Assembly: GCA_028698215.1 (NCBI GenBank)
Contig: JAQVDY010000007.1
Coordinates: 6,579 to 70,578 of the forward strand
Reading direction: 5' to 3'
Length of the DNA stretch: 64,000 bases
Source: Actinomycetota bacterium
Lineage (GTDB): Bacteria > Actinomycetota > Humimicrobiia > Humimicrobiales > Humimicrobiaceae
This document shows, in pieces, positions 35,839 to 46,334 of the stretch. The notes under the pieces are model-generated. The model made no database searches. It worked only from the letters and a program-made list of their open reading frames with translations, and was not told where the DNA came from. How positions within the stretch are numbered: position 1 is the stretch's first letter; each line of letters begins with the position of its first letter. The position numbers and the translations under genes were made by a program.

Positions 35839-35914
35839 ATTGACACAATGAAGGTCCTCCTATATTATTAGTATTAATTACTAATTAAGATAAATTATTA
35901 ACAAAGGAGGAGTA

Positions 35915-36556
35915 ATGGAAGACAGGATGCCCTTATTAGGAGAAATATTTCCCGAAATGGAAGTAGTAACCACCCATGGAAAGCTTAAGCTGCCTATTGA
36001 TTATGCTGGAAAATGGTTTATTTTGTTTAGCCATCCCGCTGATTTTACACCGGTATGCACTACTGAATTCGTTGCTTTCCAGAAAAGGTATGACCAGTTC
36101 AGGAAATTTAATTGCGAATTAATCGGATTAAGCATAGACCAGGTTTTTTCCCATATTAAATGGGTGCAGTGGATAAAAGAAAATCTTGATGTTGAAATCA
36201 AGTTTCCAATAATTGCTGATGATGCCGGTGCGGTGTCTCAAAAACTGGGTTTTATCCATCCGGGTAAAGGGACCAATACAGTTAGGGCGGTAATGATAGT
36301 AGACCCTAATGCCAGGATAAGGGCAATGCTCTATTACCCCCAGGAGTTAGGCAGAAATATGGATGAAATTTTAAGGATGATAGAAGCATTCCAGGTAGCA
36401 GAGAAAAACGGAGTGGCCATGCCTGCCAACTGGCCTAATAATGAAATAATAAAAGATGAAGTTATAATACCGCCCCCTACCGATGAAAGGGCAATAGCAG
36501 ATAGGATGAAAAAATATGATTGCTTTGACTGGTGGTTCTGTCATAAAAAATTATAG
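35915..36556 (+). CDS. Peroxiredoxin (Prx6/1-Cys type)
   Basis: 213 aa; FTPVCTTE peroxidatic Cys motif; AAAGGAGGAG RBS. Confidence 0.85.
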   Translation: MEDRMPLLGEIFPEMEVVTTHGKLKLPIDYAGKWFILFSHPADFTPVCTTEFVAFQKRYDQFRKFNCELIGLSIDQVFSHIKWVQWIKENLDVEIKFPIIADDAGAVSQKLGFIHPGKGTNTVRAVMIVDPNARIRAMLYYPQELGRNMDEILRMIEAFQVAEKNGVAMPANWPNNEIIKDEVIIPPPTDERAIADRMKKYDCFDWWFCHKKL

Positions 36557-36565
36557 GAGGTAAAT

Positions 36566-36940
36566 ATGGCTGAAAAAATGCAAATTTATAAATGTGAAGT
36601 ATGCGGCAACATAGTAGAAGTGCTTCATGGGGGAAAGGGAGAGCTGGTATGCTGTAATGAGCCCATGAAACTGTTTAAGGAAAATACGGTAGATGCAGCT
36701 AAGGAAAAACATGTTCCCGTTATAAAAAGAGATGGTGATATGGTAAAAGTCAAGGTAGGGAGCGTGGACCATCCCATGGAAGAAAAACATTATATTGAAT
36801 GGATTCAGATAGTGGATGGAGATGTGGCGTACCGTAAGTTTCTTAAGCCGGGTGATGCGCCGGAGGCAGAATTTTCCGTAAGCAGTAAAGATATTTACGC
36901 AAGGGAGTATTGTAATATTCATGGATTGTGGAAAGGATAA
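36566..36940 (+). CDS. dfx: Desulfoferrodoxin (2Fe superoxide reductase)
   Basis: 124 aa; N-terminal desulforedoxin CxxC...CC (YKCEVCGN....CCNEPM) and C-terminal SOR domain (KHVPV, H..WI). Confidence 0.85.
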   Translation: MAEKMQIYKCEVCGNIVEVLHGGKGELVCCNEPMKLFKENTVDAAKEKHVPVIKRDGDMVKVKVGSVDHPMEEKHYIEWIQIVDGDVAYRKFLKPGDAPEAEFSVSSKDIYAREYCNIHGLWKG

Positions 36941-36943
36941 AAA

Positions 36944-37456
36944 ATGATAAGCAAAAAAATGCAAACAGCTATAAATGAACAGATAAATGCGGAGATGTAT
37001 TCCTCTTACCTTTATCTGGCCATGAGTGCCTATTTTGAAAATACAGACCTTACCGGTTTTGCTAACTGGATGAGGATACAGGCCCAGGAAGAACTGGATC
37101 ATGCTATGAAGTTTTTTGATTTTGTAAACGAAAGGGGAGGCCAGGTGGTACTGAAGGACATAAAGGCTTCTGCTACTGCCTGGAAGTCACCGGTAGAGGT
37201 AATGGAAGCAGTATATGCCCACGAGCAAAAGGTTACCGGGCTTATAAATGACCTGGTTGATTTGGCCATAAAGGAAAAAGACCATGCTTCTAATAATTTT
37301 TTACAGTGGTTTGTGGCAGAGCAGGTGGAAGAAGAGGCTTCAGCTGAAGCTATCATAAAAAAGCTTAAGCTGGTAAGCGGTACCGGTAATGGATTGTTTA
37401 TGATAGACCAGGAGTTGGCCAAGAGGGTTTATACTCCCCCGGCTGCTGCTGAATAA
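36944..37456 (+). CDS. Non-heme ferritin
   Basis: 170 aa; [22 protein letters not shown] and EELDHAMKF ferroxidase-centre motifs. Confidence 0.8.
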   Translation: MISKKMQTAINEQINAEMYSSYLYLAMSAYFENTDLTGFANWMRIQAQEELDHAMKFFDFVNERGGQVVLKDIKASATAWKSPVEVMEAVYAHEQKVTGLINDLVDLAIKEKDHASNNFLQWFVAEQVEEEASAEAIIKKLKLVSGTGNGLFMIDQELAKRVYTPPAAAE

Positions 37457-37492
37457 TAATGGTTTTAAAAAAAATATAAAAAGTTATATATT

Positions 37493-37526
37493 ATAATCGC
37501 ACCTTTAAAGGTGCGATTATATTTTG
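37493..37526 (+). terminator. Hairpin (10-bp perfect stem AATCGCACC/GGTGCGATT, loop TTTAAA) plus a T-rich tail between the ferritin and fprA genes: partial terminator or attenuator
   Basis: Read directly; located in the 90-bp intergenic gap. Confidence 0.35.
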
Positions 37527-37546
37527 CAAGCTAACAGGAGGCAATA

Positions 37547-38722
37547 ATGGCAGAACAAATAAAGAATAATGTATTCTATGTGGGAGCCAAGGACCCTGAC
37601 CGGGAGTTGTTTGATGAGCTCATTCCTTTACCGGATGGTACTACCTATAATTCCTACTTGGTAAAGGGCAGCGAAAAAGTGGCCTTAATTGATACCGTAG
37701 ACCCTTCTAAGGTGGATGAGCTATGGGCGCATTTGGAGCAATTGAATGTTAATAATATAGATTATATTATTGCCAATCATGCCGAGCAGGACCATTCGGG
37801 ATCCATACCCCAGGTGTTAGAAAAGTTCCCCCGGGCCGTAGTGGTAACTAATGAAAAGTGCAAGGGCATGCTGATAGATTTGCTGCATATAGCAGATGAT
37901 AAGTTTCTGGTAGTAGAGGATGGCTCATCTCTATACCTGGGCGATAAGAACCTGGAATTTATAATAGCTCCCTGGGTCCACTGGCCTGAAACCATGTTCA
38001 CTTACCTTAAAGAGGACAAGATACTGTTTACCTGTGATTATCTGGGCTCACATTTTTCCTTTGAAAATCTTTATGTAGAGGACCAGGAAGCTACCTATAG
38101 GAATGCCAAAAGATATTATGCTGAAATTATGATGCCTTTTGCCAATCTGGCTAAAAAACATCTGGATAAAGTCCAGGGGCTGGATATTGAAATTATAGCT
38201 CCCAGCCATGGCCAGGTGTATAAGGATTATGGCTTTATATTGGATGCCTATAAAGACTGGACTTCGGATGGGGTCAAAAATGAGGTAGTTTTAGCCTATG
38301 TTTCCATGCATGGGAGTACCAAGGAAATGGTTGATTATTTTAAATCAGCACTGGAAGCTAAAAAGGTAAAGGTAAAAACTTTTAACCTTACTCATACAGA
38401 TACTGGTGAACTGGCCATGGCTTTGGTGGATGCGGCTACTGTGGTTTTAGCTACTCCTACCGTGCTCTCAGGGCCCCACCCGGCAGCGGTGTATGCTGCT
38501 TACCTGGTCAAAGCCTTAAGGCCCAAGACCAGGTATTTAGGCCTTATTGGTTCCTATGGCTGGGGAGGAAAGACGGTAGAAGTAATTTCTGACCTGGTTT
38601 CCACCCTAAAAGCAGAGATACTGGAGCCGGTAATAGTGAAAGGCCTGCCGGACCAACAGGCCTTGGCTGGGTTGGATAAACTGGCTGCCGGCATAGCGGA
38701 AAAACACTCTCAGCTAGATTAA
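37547..38722 (+). CDS. Flavodiiron protein (FprA / rubredoxin:oxygen oxidoreductase type)
   Basis: 391 aa; metallo-beta-lactamase-like diiron domain (HxExDH: NHAEQDHSG) plus C-terminal flavodoxin domain. Confidence 0.85.
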   Translation: MAEQIKNNVFYVGAKDPDRELFDELIPLPDGTTYNSYLVKGSEKVALIDTVDPSKVDELWAHLEQLNVNNIDYIIANHAEQDHSGSIPQVLEKFPRAVVVTNEKCKGMLIDLLHIADDKFLVVEDGSSLYLGDKNLEFIIAPWVHWPETMFTYLKEDKILFTCDYLGSHFSFENLYVEDQEATYRNAKRYYAEIMMPFANLAKKHLDKVQGLDIEIIAPSHGQVYKDYGFILDAYKDWTSDGVKNEVVLAYVSMHGSTKEMVDYFKSALEAKKVKVKTFNLTHTDTGELAMALVDAATVVLATPTVLSGPHPAAVYAAYLVKALRPKTRYLGLIGSYGWGGKTVEVISDLVSTLKAEILEPVIVKGLPDQQALAGLDKLAAGIAEKHSQLD

Positions 38723-38729
38723 ACAGGAT

Positions 38730-39494
38730 ATGGTGGAAAAGCAGAAGCTGGAAAAACTATATGAAAAATATAATGACCGGAGCCATGTCAGCCCAGACCC
38801 GCTTCAGTTTTTGTACCATTACCAGGAAGTGGGGGACAGGGAAGTAGCAGGTATCATAGCTTCTGCTTTGGCCTATGGCCGGGTGGCTCAGATTATAAAA
38901 AGTGTAGGATTTGTGCTGGATAAGCTTGGCCCCCACCCCCGCAGTTTCCTGCTTAACTCTAGCTGCCCTGATTTAAATGAATTAATGAAGGGGTTCAAGC
39001 ACCGGTTTACTACTGGGCAGGATATAGTGTTCATGCTGGATTGCATAAGGGCAGCTATAGAAGAGTACGGCTCTTTAAACCAATGTTTTTTGGCAGGCTA
39101 TAATCGCAGTCAGCGTTCTATATCTGAATCTTTGGCTTCGTTTATCGGACGCCTTACCTGCCGTCCGGATGGATTTTGCAGCAGCCTGTTCCCCCTGGCC
39201 AAAGGAAACAGCGCTTTAAAACGCTTTAACCTTTATTTAAGGTGGATGGTTAGGGAGGACAAGGTTGATCCTGGAGGCTGGAAGGGTATTGATAAATCCC
39301 AGCTTATAGTGCCCTTAGATATTCATATGCACCGCATATCTCAAAAGCTGGGATTTACCTGCCGCAAGCAGGCCGACATGAAAACCGCTATAGAGATAAC
39401 TGATGCCTTCAGGCAGTTTAGTCCCCGGGATCCAGTCAAATATGATTTTGCCTTAACCCGTTTGGGGATAAACAAAATAGGTTATATTTTTTAA
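38730..39494 (+). CDS. Conserved hypothetical protein (TIGR02757/DUF2400-like)
   Basis: 254 aa; family assignment from memory only; no catalytic motif recognised. Confidence 0.35.
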   Translation: MVEKQKLEKLYEKYNDRSHVSPDPLQFLYHYQEVGDREVAGIIASALAYGRVAQIIKSVGFVLDKLGPHPRSFLLNSSCPDLNELMKGFKHRFTTGQDIVFMLDCIRAAIEEYGSLNQCFLAGYNRSQRSISESLASFIGRLTCRPDGFCSSLFPLAKGNSALKRFNLYLRWMVREDKVDPGGWKGIDKSQLIVPLDIHMHRISQKLGFTCRKQADMKTAIEITDAFRQFSPRDPVKYDFALTRLGINKIGYIF

Positions 39495-39557
39495 TTTTAT
39501 CCTTTTGGATTTGCATGTATAATAATTTATATTATTTTTAACAAGACGGGGGCTTAA

Positions 39558-40829
39558 ATGAAAAGTAGGTGGAAAAAGATTTGGGGATATGCGGGAATAT
39601 TCTTGTCTATAATACTTATAGTGGGTATGCTTACCCCTATTACCCTTAATGCCGGTACTTCTGAACAGGTGCAGGCATTTGTGTCCAGGTTCTATACCAA
39701 CTGCCTGGGCAGGCAGCCCGACCAAGGTGGTTTAAATGAATGGGTAAACAGGTTGATGACCGGGGTAAAAACCGGTGAAGATGTGGCTAAGGGTTTCATA
39801 TTAAGCCAGGAATTTATAGCCAAGAACCATAGCGATTCCGAATTTGTGACTATCTTATACAGATCTTTTTTCAACCGCCAGCCTGATTCATTTGGGATGA
39901 ATGCATGGCTGGGCAGGATGAAATCTGGACAGACCAGGGCCCAGGTACTGGATGGTTTTCTCCATTCAAATGAATTTGCCCAACTTTGCTCTTCTTACGG
40001 CATAAGCCCCTACGCAGGAGCTGTTTCGGCACCGGCAACCAACAGCACCCTGGGTACCAATACCGGATTTGTCCAGGGGAATAAGGTCAACTTCATTATA
40101 TGGGGTGATGACAGCGCTTCCGACAGGCCTGGTGGGAGAGTAAGCGGAAGGACTGATATAAATATTTTTGTACATCTTAACCTGGATACGGGTAAGGCGG
40201 TAGTAGTAACTATTCCCAGGGACACCTGGGCACCCATTCCCGGCCATAGCACTCAGAAAATAAATGCTGCCCATGCCATAGGAGGAACTGATCTGGCAGT
40301 CAGGACATTCGAGCAGTTTACCGGTATGCCTATTGACTTCTATATCATAACCGATTTTGACGGGTTTAAGCCATTGATAGATTATTTTGGGGGAGTCACT
40401 ACTACTGTGGAAGAGAATATAGCAGACAGTTTTTCCGGATGTTATCTTAACACCGGAACCCACACCATTAATGGAACCCAGGCGCTGGCTCTGTCCCGGG
40501 CCAGGAAAGGAAGATCTCTTTATGGGGGAGGAGCCTATGCCAGGGAAAAACAGTCGGCTATGCTGATGGCAGACCTTTTGGTACAGAAGCGTTCCATGGT
40601 TAATGCTGGTAATTTGGCCAGTTTTCTAAACACAATGAGACAATATGTTTGGACCAATATTTCGGTGGCACAGGCCTCTAAAATACTGCCAACACTTATG
40701 ACCATTAACCGGGGTGATATTAACATCACTACTTTTAAGTCCTGGCCCCAATATTTTGGCAATGCCAGTGCGGTAGGCTATAACGAGGCAGAAAAAAATC
40801 AATTCTTCCAGTGGGTTGCAAATCAATAA
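39558..40829 (+). CDS. LytR-CpsA-Psr (LCP) family phosphotransferase with N-terminal DUF4214 repeats
   Basis: 423 aa; TM anchor, two DUF4214-like repeats (R.PD..G...W...L..G), then an LCP domain (TDINIFVHLNLDTGKAVVVTIPRDTW..). Confidence 0.7.
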   Translation: MKSRWKKIWGYAGIFLSIILIVGMLTPITLNAGTSEQVQAFVSRFYTNCLGRQPDQGGLNEWVNRLMTGVKTGEDVAKGFILSQEFIAKNHSDSEFVTILYRSFFNRQPDSFGMNAWLGRMKSGQTRAQVLDGFLHSNEFAQLCSSYGISPYAGAVSAPATNSTLGTNTGFVQGNKVNFIIWGDDSASDRPGGRVSGRTDINIFVHLNLDTGKAVVVTIPRDTWAPIPGHSTQKINAAHAIGGTDLAVRTFEQFTGMPIDFYIITDFDGFKPLIDYFGGVTTTVEENIADSFSGCYLNTGTHTINGTQALALSRARKGRSLYGGGAYAREKQSAMLMADLLVQKRSMVNAGNLASFLNTMRQYVWTNISVAQASKILPTLMTINRGDINITTFKSWPQYFGNASAVGYNEAEKNQFFQWVANQ

Positions 40830-40851
40830 AAATTTTGTATAGTTACTGGTT

Positions 40852-42216
40852 ATGGATCCTAAGAGGGATAATATATTAAAAGGTAAAATAACCAGCTTGC
40901 TGCTAAGCTTTTCGGCACCTGCTGTCATAGGTATGATAGTAGGTGCCCTGTATAATATAGCGGATACCATATTTGTAGGAAAAAGCTCCGGTGCCCTAGC
41001 TATAGCCGCCCTGTCTATAGTATTCCCTATTCAGCTAATAATGATGTCAGTGGGAACCATGATTGGGGTAGGCGGTGCCAGCGTAATATCCAGGGCATTA
41101 GGAAAAAATAATCCAAAGCGGGCTGCTAATGCTTTCGGCAGCGGTTTGATTTTAAACCTATTGTTCTCTGCTATTTTTGTATTTTTTTCCTTTATTTTTA
41201 TGGATAAGTTGCTGGTTTTTTTTGGGGCTTCGGCACAGGTAATGGAATATGCCCGCCAGTATATGGGCATTATACTTATCGGCCTCTTTTTCTTTTCTTT
41301 TTCTATTACTGGAAATAATTTCCTAAGGGCGGAAGGTAATCCCCGGGCTTCCATGTATGTAATGATTATGGGGGCAGCGGCCAATATAGTATTGGACCCC
41401 CTGTTTATTTTTGGTTTTGGCATGGGGGTAAGAGGGGCAGCCATTGCTACCGTTATCAGCCAGGGACTAAGCTGCCTATATATACTTTTCTACTATATTA
41501 GGGGCAAGAACTTAATCAAGATTAAGCTCAGCTGTTTTAAATTCCGGCTGCCTTTAATGAAAGAGATCATGGGTGTAGGTTTCCCTTCTTTTATAAGGTC
41601 CTCTATGTCCAGTGTTATAATATTGGTTTTCAACCGGGCCTTGGGCTATTATGGCAATGACCTGTATATTGCCATAATGGGCATAGGATTCAGGATGCTG
41701 AGCCTAATCCAGATGCCTATCATAGGTATAAACCAGGGTTTTTCCACTATAGCCAGTTTCAATTACGGGGCCCAGCTTCATAACCGGGTGAGAAGGGTGT
41801 TGGCTGTTTCTGCTATATGGGTAACCGCTATAGGGGTAGCGGGATCTTTAGTCATTATGCTGTTTACCCGGCAGATTCTAGGATTTTTTAGCAGCAGTCC
41901 CCTTTTGATTAATATGGGCATTGAACCGTTAAGGATAATTATGATGTTTCTGCCCTTTTTGGGGGTACAGATTTTAGGGGGAGGGCTGTTTCAAGCCATT
42001 GGCAAACCTGCCCCTGCCCTAATTATTACCATGCTGAAGCAAATAATATTTTTAGTACCGGCCATAATTTTATTGCCGATGGTGCTAGGGCTAAAGGGAG
42101 TGTGGTTCTCCATACCGGTAGCAGACTTTTTATCGGTAATAGTGACCGTAGTATGGATTTATAAAGAAATGGGGTCATTTGGCCGCAAGATAAATTATGA
42201 AAGAGTTAAAACTTAA
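40852..42216 (+). CDS. MATE-family efflux transporter
   Basis: 454 aa; 12 predicted TM helices and typical MATE N-terminal region. Confidence 0.85.
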   Translation: MDPKRDNILKGKITSLLLSFSAPAVIGMIVGALYNIADTIFVGKSSGALAIAALSIVFPIQLIMMSVGTMIGVGGASVISRALGKNNPKRAANAFGSGLILNLLFSAIFVFFSFIFMDKLLVFFGASAQVMEYARQYMGIILIGLFFFSFSITGNNFLRAEGNPRASMYVMIMGAAANIVLDPLFIFGFGMGVRGAAIATVISQGLSCLYILFYYIRGKNLIKIKLSCFKFRLPLMKEIMGVGFPSFIRSSMSSVIILVFNRALGYYGNDLYIAIMGIGFRMLSLIQMPIIGINQGFSTIASFNYGAQLHNRVRRVLAVSAIWVTAIGVAGSLVIMLFTRQILGFFSSSPLLINMGIEPLRIIMMFLPFLGVQILGGGLFQAIGKPAPALIITMLKQIIFLVPAIILLPMVLGLKGVWFSIPVADFLSVIVTVVWIYKEMGSFGRKINYERVKT

Positions 42217-42227
42217 AAGGGGTGCTA

Positions 42228-42575
42228 ATGATAATTAAGAGAAGATCAGAGTTCAAGCCGGAAATTATGAATGATAACCAGATAAGAGGGGTAAAATTTT
42301 ATCCTTTGATTACTGCCCAGGACGGGGCCCCTAATTTTGCCATGAGGGTATTTGAAGTAGAGCCCGGCGGCTATAGTCCCCGTCACTCCCATAAATGGGA
42401 ACATGAAATCTATGTAATAGAAGGCAGCGGCTATGCCGTCAAAGAAAATGGGGTTATACCTATTGGTAAAGATGACTGCATTTTGGTAGAGCCTTCAGAG
42501 CTTCACCAAATAAAAGCGGGGGAAGAGGGCATAACTTTTATATGTGTAGTTCCCCACGAAGGCCAGCCTTCCTAA
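42228..42575 (+). CDS. Cupin-domain protein
   Basis: Start ATG 42228 after AAAAGGGG; two-motif cupin (PRHSHKWEHEIYVIEG ... VEP.ELHQI). Confidence 0.6.
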   Translation: MIIKRRSEFKPEIMNDNQIRGVKFYPLITAQDGAPNFAMRVFEVEPGGYSPRHSHKWEHEIYVIEGSGYAVKENGVIPIGKDDCILVEPSELHQIKAGEEGITFICVVPHEGQPS

Positions 42576-42586
42576 AAACAATAAAT

Positions 42587-43801
42587 ATGAATAGAAAATA
42601 TTTAACTATAGCGGTAATGCTGCTGGCTATAGTGCTTACAGCTTGTGCTCCTGCTAAAGAGTTTGGGCCACTTACCGTATGCAGCAGCATAGACAGCCAG
42701 ACTTACCAGCCTTTGGATAAAAAAGATGAGTTTGAAATAGAGACCAGGCAGGTGTATGCAGCAATAGAAGTGGCAAATGTACCTTCTGACAGTATTTGGA
42801 CCTTTAAATGGATAAATCAACAGGATGGCCAAATACTATCTACCAGCTCAGGCCAGTATATGGAAGATTCCAATTTAAGGGTAAGCGGTTATTTTGCCAG
42901 CGTGTTTAGCGCGGCTGAAGAAAGCCAGGCTATAGCTTTACCTGGAACCTACCGGGTGGAGTATTATCATGACCAAAAACTAATCGACAGTAAAATCTTC
43001 ACCGTCATGCAGCCGGAAATTAAGGTGGAGCGGTTAATTTTGGGCAGTCAGATAGGCGTTGACGGGCTTCCCATGGAAAACAGGGGCAAGTTTTATAATA
43101 ATGAAGATATGTATTTGTACTTAAAGCTTAACTATTTGGCGGACGGAACCGTTATGGAAGTTACCTGGTTAAGGCAGCAGGAAGTTATAGCGGAAACAGG
43201 GCAAATATCCAGGGAGAATAATTTAGCCCCTGCCGGCAGCCTGTTTGAATTAAAGGCAGATTCAGGTCTGGTTCCTGGTGGGTACAGGGTGGATATTGCC
43301 CTGGATGGCCTCCGGGTACAAAGCCTGGAGTTTGAAGTGGTAAATAATCTGGAAAGCCTGCAGGATTACTTCAATGACCACTATGATTTTTCATTCAGCT
43401 ACCCCCAGTGGATGATGCCTAAAGAAAAAGAAGGTGAAAATTTTTACCTTATAAACTTATATCCCAGGGATCAAATCCAGGATATGGTAATGGGTGTATG
43501 GATTATTCCAGGCCGTATTGCTCCCCCAGAAGAAAATCTGGGCCAATTTGCGGATAACTTGGCCACCGGCAATATTGAAGAAGAATATAAAATAGAGCTG
43601 GCATCAGAACAGGATTCAAACCTGGGTTATGCCTATGTCTATAAGGATAATGAAGGTCAAAAGTGGGAGCTTAGGTTGGACTTTAAACCAAGCGGCCAAC
43701 ACATCTTTATGGTAACCGGCTTAGCCCGGGAGAATTATGTCCAGGATATGGAGGCTATATTTAAAGGCATGATGGATTCCTTAAAATTTCCCATTGAGTA
43801 A
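42587..43801 (+). CDS. Hypothetical lipoprotein with two internal repeats
   Basis: Start ATG 42587 (MNRKYLTIAVMLLAIVLTAC lipobox); the track start 42542 would overlap the cupin gene by 34 nt; two approx 110-aa repeats (W..QQ....G.YRV). Confidence 0.5.
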   Translation: MNRKYLTIAVMLLAIVLTACAPAKEFGPLTVCSSIDSQTYQPLDKKDEFEIETRQVYAAIEVANVPSDSIWTFKWINQQDGQILSTSSGQYMEDSNLRVSGYFASVFSAAEESQAIALPGTYRVEYYHDQKLIDSKIFTVMQPEIKVERLILGSQIGVDGLPMENRGKFYNNEDMYLYLKLNYLADGTVMEVTWLRQQEVIAETGQISRENNLAPAGSLFELKADSGLVPGGYRVDIALDGLRVQSLEFEVVNNLESLQDYFNDHYDFSFSYPQWMMPKEKEGENFYLINLYPRDQIQDMVMGVWIIPGRIAPPEENLGQFADNLATGNIEEEYKIELASEQDSNLGYAYVYKDNEGQKWELRLDFKPSGQHIFMVTGLARENYVQDMEAIFKGMMDSLKFPIE

Positions 43802-43901
43802 TAAATTATTTGTATTATAATTGTTAGGATTGTAATTTAAGCAGGCATGGCCCCTGGTTTAGGGGAGCCTGGCAGGGAAATAGAAAATAGCTGGGAGCTG
43901 A

Positions 43902-44909
43902 TTGTTTTTGGGGTTTAAAAAGCTGAAAGTTCTAATATTGGTTATAGCAGCTCTGTTGGTTTTACCCACTTTTAGCTGTAATCTTAAAACCTATCAGAAA
44001 TTTGAACAGACCCGCGAATTAATGGGTACACTGGTAAGCATAACTGTTTACTCTTACGACCAGCAGGCAGCTGAAGGAGCTATGGAGGCTGCTTTTGAAC
44101 GGATGGTAGAAATAGAAAGCATTGCCAACACCTATGATCCCAACAGCCAAATTTCAATACTTAACCAAGACGGTCATATCAAAAACCCTTCTCCTGTTCT
44201 ATCTGAACTGGTTACTGAATCTAAGAATTACTATCAGATTAGCCAGGGGGCTTTTGATATTACGGTGCAGCCTTTGCTGAATTTATGGGCATCTGGTTTG
44301 TGGCAGGAAACAGAACAGGTACAGCAACAGAAAATAAACCAGGCCATGGAAATGGTAGGTGCTAATTATATTATAGTGGAGCCGGACCGGATATATTTTG
44401 AAAAAGAGGGAATGGAAATTACTCTGGGAGGAATTGCCAAGGGTTATGCAGTAGATAAGGCAATGGAAGTGCTTAAATCAAAAGGCATCAGCTATGCTTT
44501 GGTAAATGCTGGCGGTGATATAATGACCAGCGGCAAAAAACCAGACGGCAGCTTCTGGACCATAGCCCTGGAAAATCCTGACAATAAGGAAGAGAGCATA
44601 GAGGTATTAAATGTGGCAGGGAAGGCAGTTACCACTTCCGGAAATTATGAAAGGTATTTTGACCCAGATAAGGAAGCCCACCACTTGATAGACCCCAGGA
44701 GTGGCTTTTCCGCCAACCAGTGCATAAGTGCCACTATTATTTCTACCAGCTGCATGGATGCTGATGCACTTTCTACTTCCATTTTTGTATTGGGTCCCCA
44801 GCAGGGCATTGATTTGGTTAATAGCCTAAATGGAGTTGAAGCCCTGATTATTGATAATGATAGAAATATATTCAGGTCTCAGGGCTTATCTAAATATGTT
44901 AATAATTAA
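43902..44909 (+). CDS. apbE: FAD:protein FMN transferase ApbE (lipoprotein)
   Basis: 335 aa; signal/lipobox FSC; ApbE motifs (FDITVQPL, GGIAKGYAVD, ALSTS); immediately upstream of rnfC. Confidence 0.8.
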   Translation: MFLGFKKLKVLILVIAALLVLPTFSCNLKTYQKFEQTRELMGTLVSITVYSYDQQAAEGAMEAAFERMVEIESIANTYDPNSQISILNQDGHIKNPSPVLSELVTESKNYYQISQGAFDITVQPLLNLWASGLWQETEQVQQQKINQAMEMVGANYIIVEPDRIYFEKEGMEITLGGIAKGYAVDKAMEVLKSKGISYALVNAGGDIMTSGKKPDGSFWTIALENPDNKEESIEVLNVAGKAVTTSGNYERYFDPDKEAHHLIDPRSGFSANQCISATIISTSCMDADALSTSIFVLGPQQGIDLVNSLNGVEALIIDNDRNIFRSQGLSKYVNN

Positions 44910-44912
44910 AGA

Positions 44913-46280
44913 TTGGATAAAACTATGAGCATAATAAAAAAAAGAAGCGCCTTTGGAGGGGTCAAGCTGCCTGAGAACAAGATGACTGAAGAAGAGTCGA
45001 TAGAAGTATTACCGCTGCCGCAGCAGGTAGTGATACCCATACAGCAGAATATTGGAGCTCCCGGGGAGTTTTTGGTCAAGAGGGGGGATACTGTACTGGC
45101 AGGACAGAAAATTGCTGATACAGATAAGTTTGTATCAGCCCCTATCCATGCCCCCATATCGGGAAAGGTATCTAAGTCTACTCAGGTATTAAACCCGGCC
45201 AGCGGGGCAGTGGTAGATGCTTTAATTATTGAATCTGATGGCCAGGACCAGTGGGTAGAGATGCAAGTTTTACATAAGATTGATGATATTAAAGACTGGA
45301 AGCAGGCCTTATCCTCTATGGACAACATACCGGCAAAGGATGCTTTGGATAAAATAAGGGAAGCAGGAATAGTAGGTTTGGGCGGTGCTGCTTTTCCTAC
45401 CCATGTCAAACTGGCTCCCCCGCCTGATAAAAAAATTGACACTTTTATATTAAACGGCTGTGAATGTGAACCCTTTATTACCAGTGACCACCGTGTAATG
45501 CTGGAATATGGCAAACATGTATTGGCAGGCATGTACCTTATTAGCAATATATTAAAACCTGAAAAAATATATATAGCGATTGAAGATAATAAGCCTGATG
45601 CCATCCGCCATATGCATAATCTGCTGGTGGAAATGGGGCTTGAGGATAAAGCGGATGTAGTTTCCCTTCCTTCCCGTTACCCTATGGGGGCTGAAAAAAC
45701 ATTGATAAAATCCCTATTGGGAAGGGAAGTGCCCATGGGGGGCTTGCCTATGGACGTGGGAGTGGTAGTAAATAATGTAGCTACCTGTAAAGCGGTAGCA
45801 GAAGCGGTGCTGGAAGGTAAGCCTCTAACAGATAAGGTAATAACCGTTACCGGAGCCTTCCAAAAACCAAAGAATTTGCTGGCCAGGATAGGTACCCCTA
45901 TTTCTATGCTGGTAGATTACTGCCACCTGCAGGATAGGGATCAGTACCATATTATCATGGGGGGACCCATGATGGGGGTGGCTATCAATGATATAGAATA
46001 CCCGGTTACCAAGGGCCTTAACTGTGTTTTAATCAAGCAGGGGGTGGCGGGGCAGGAACAGAATTGTATTAAATGCGCCAGGTGCGTAGCAGCATGCCCT
46101 ATGGGGCTGATGCCACTGATGTACCCAAAATTGGTAAAAAAGGGAAGGTTTGAAGACTGCCAGGAATATTATATTTCCAATTGTATTGAATGCGGTTCCT
46201 GTGCTTTTGTATGCCCTGCAAACATACCTATTGTGGGCTATATTAAAACCGGTAAAAAGAAGATTTCAGATAAAAAATAA
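44913..46280 (+). CDS. rnfC: Rnf electron-transport complex subunit C
   Basis: 455 aa; NADH/FMN-binding fold plus two C-terminal CxxCxxCxxxCP clusters. Confidence 0.85.
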   Translation: MDKTMSIIKKRSAFGGVKLPENKMTEEESIEVLPLPQQVVIPIQQNIGAPGEFLVKRGDTVLAGQKIADTDKFVSAPIHAPISGKVSKSTQVLNPASGAVVDALIIESDGQDQWVEMQVLHKIDDIKDWKQALSSMDNIPAKDALDKIREAGIVGLGGAAFPTHVKLAPPPDKKIDTFILNGCECEPFITSDHRVMLEYGKHVLAGMYLISNILKPEKIYIAIEDNKPDAIRHMHNLLVEMGLEDKADVVSLPSRYPMGAEKTLIKSLLGREVPMGGLPMDVGVVVNNVATCKAVAEAVLEGKPLTDKVITVTGAFQKPKNLLARIGTPISMLVDYCHLQDRDQYHIIMGGPMMGVAINDIEYPVTKGLNCVLIKQGVAGQEQNCIKCARCVAACPMGLMPLMYPKLVKKGRFEDCQEYYISNCIECGSCAFVCPANIPIVGYIKTGKKKISDKK

Positions 46281-46334
46281 GGTTTGAACTAAAAAAAAGT
46301 TTAATTTATACTTATAAAATCTAGGGACAAGAAG

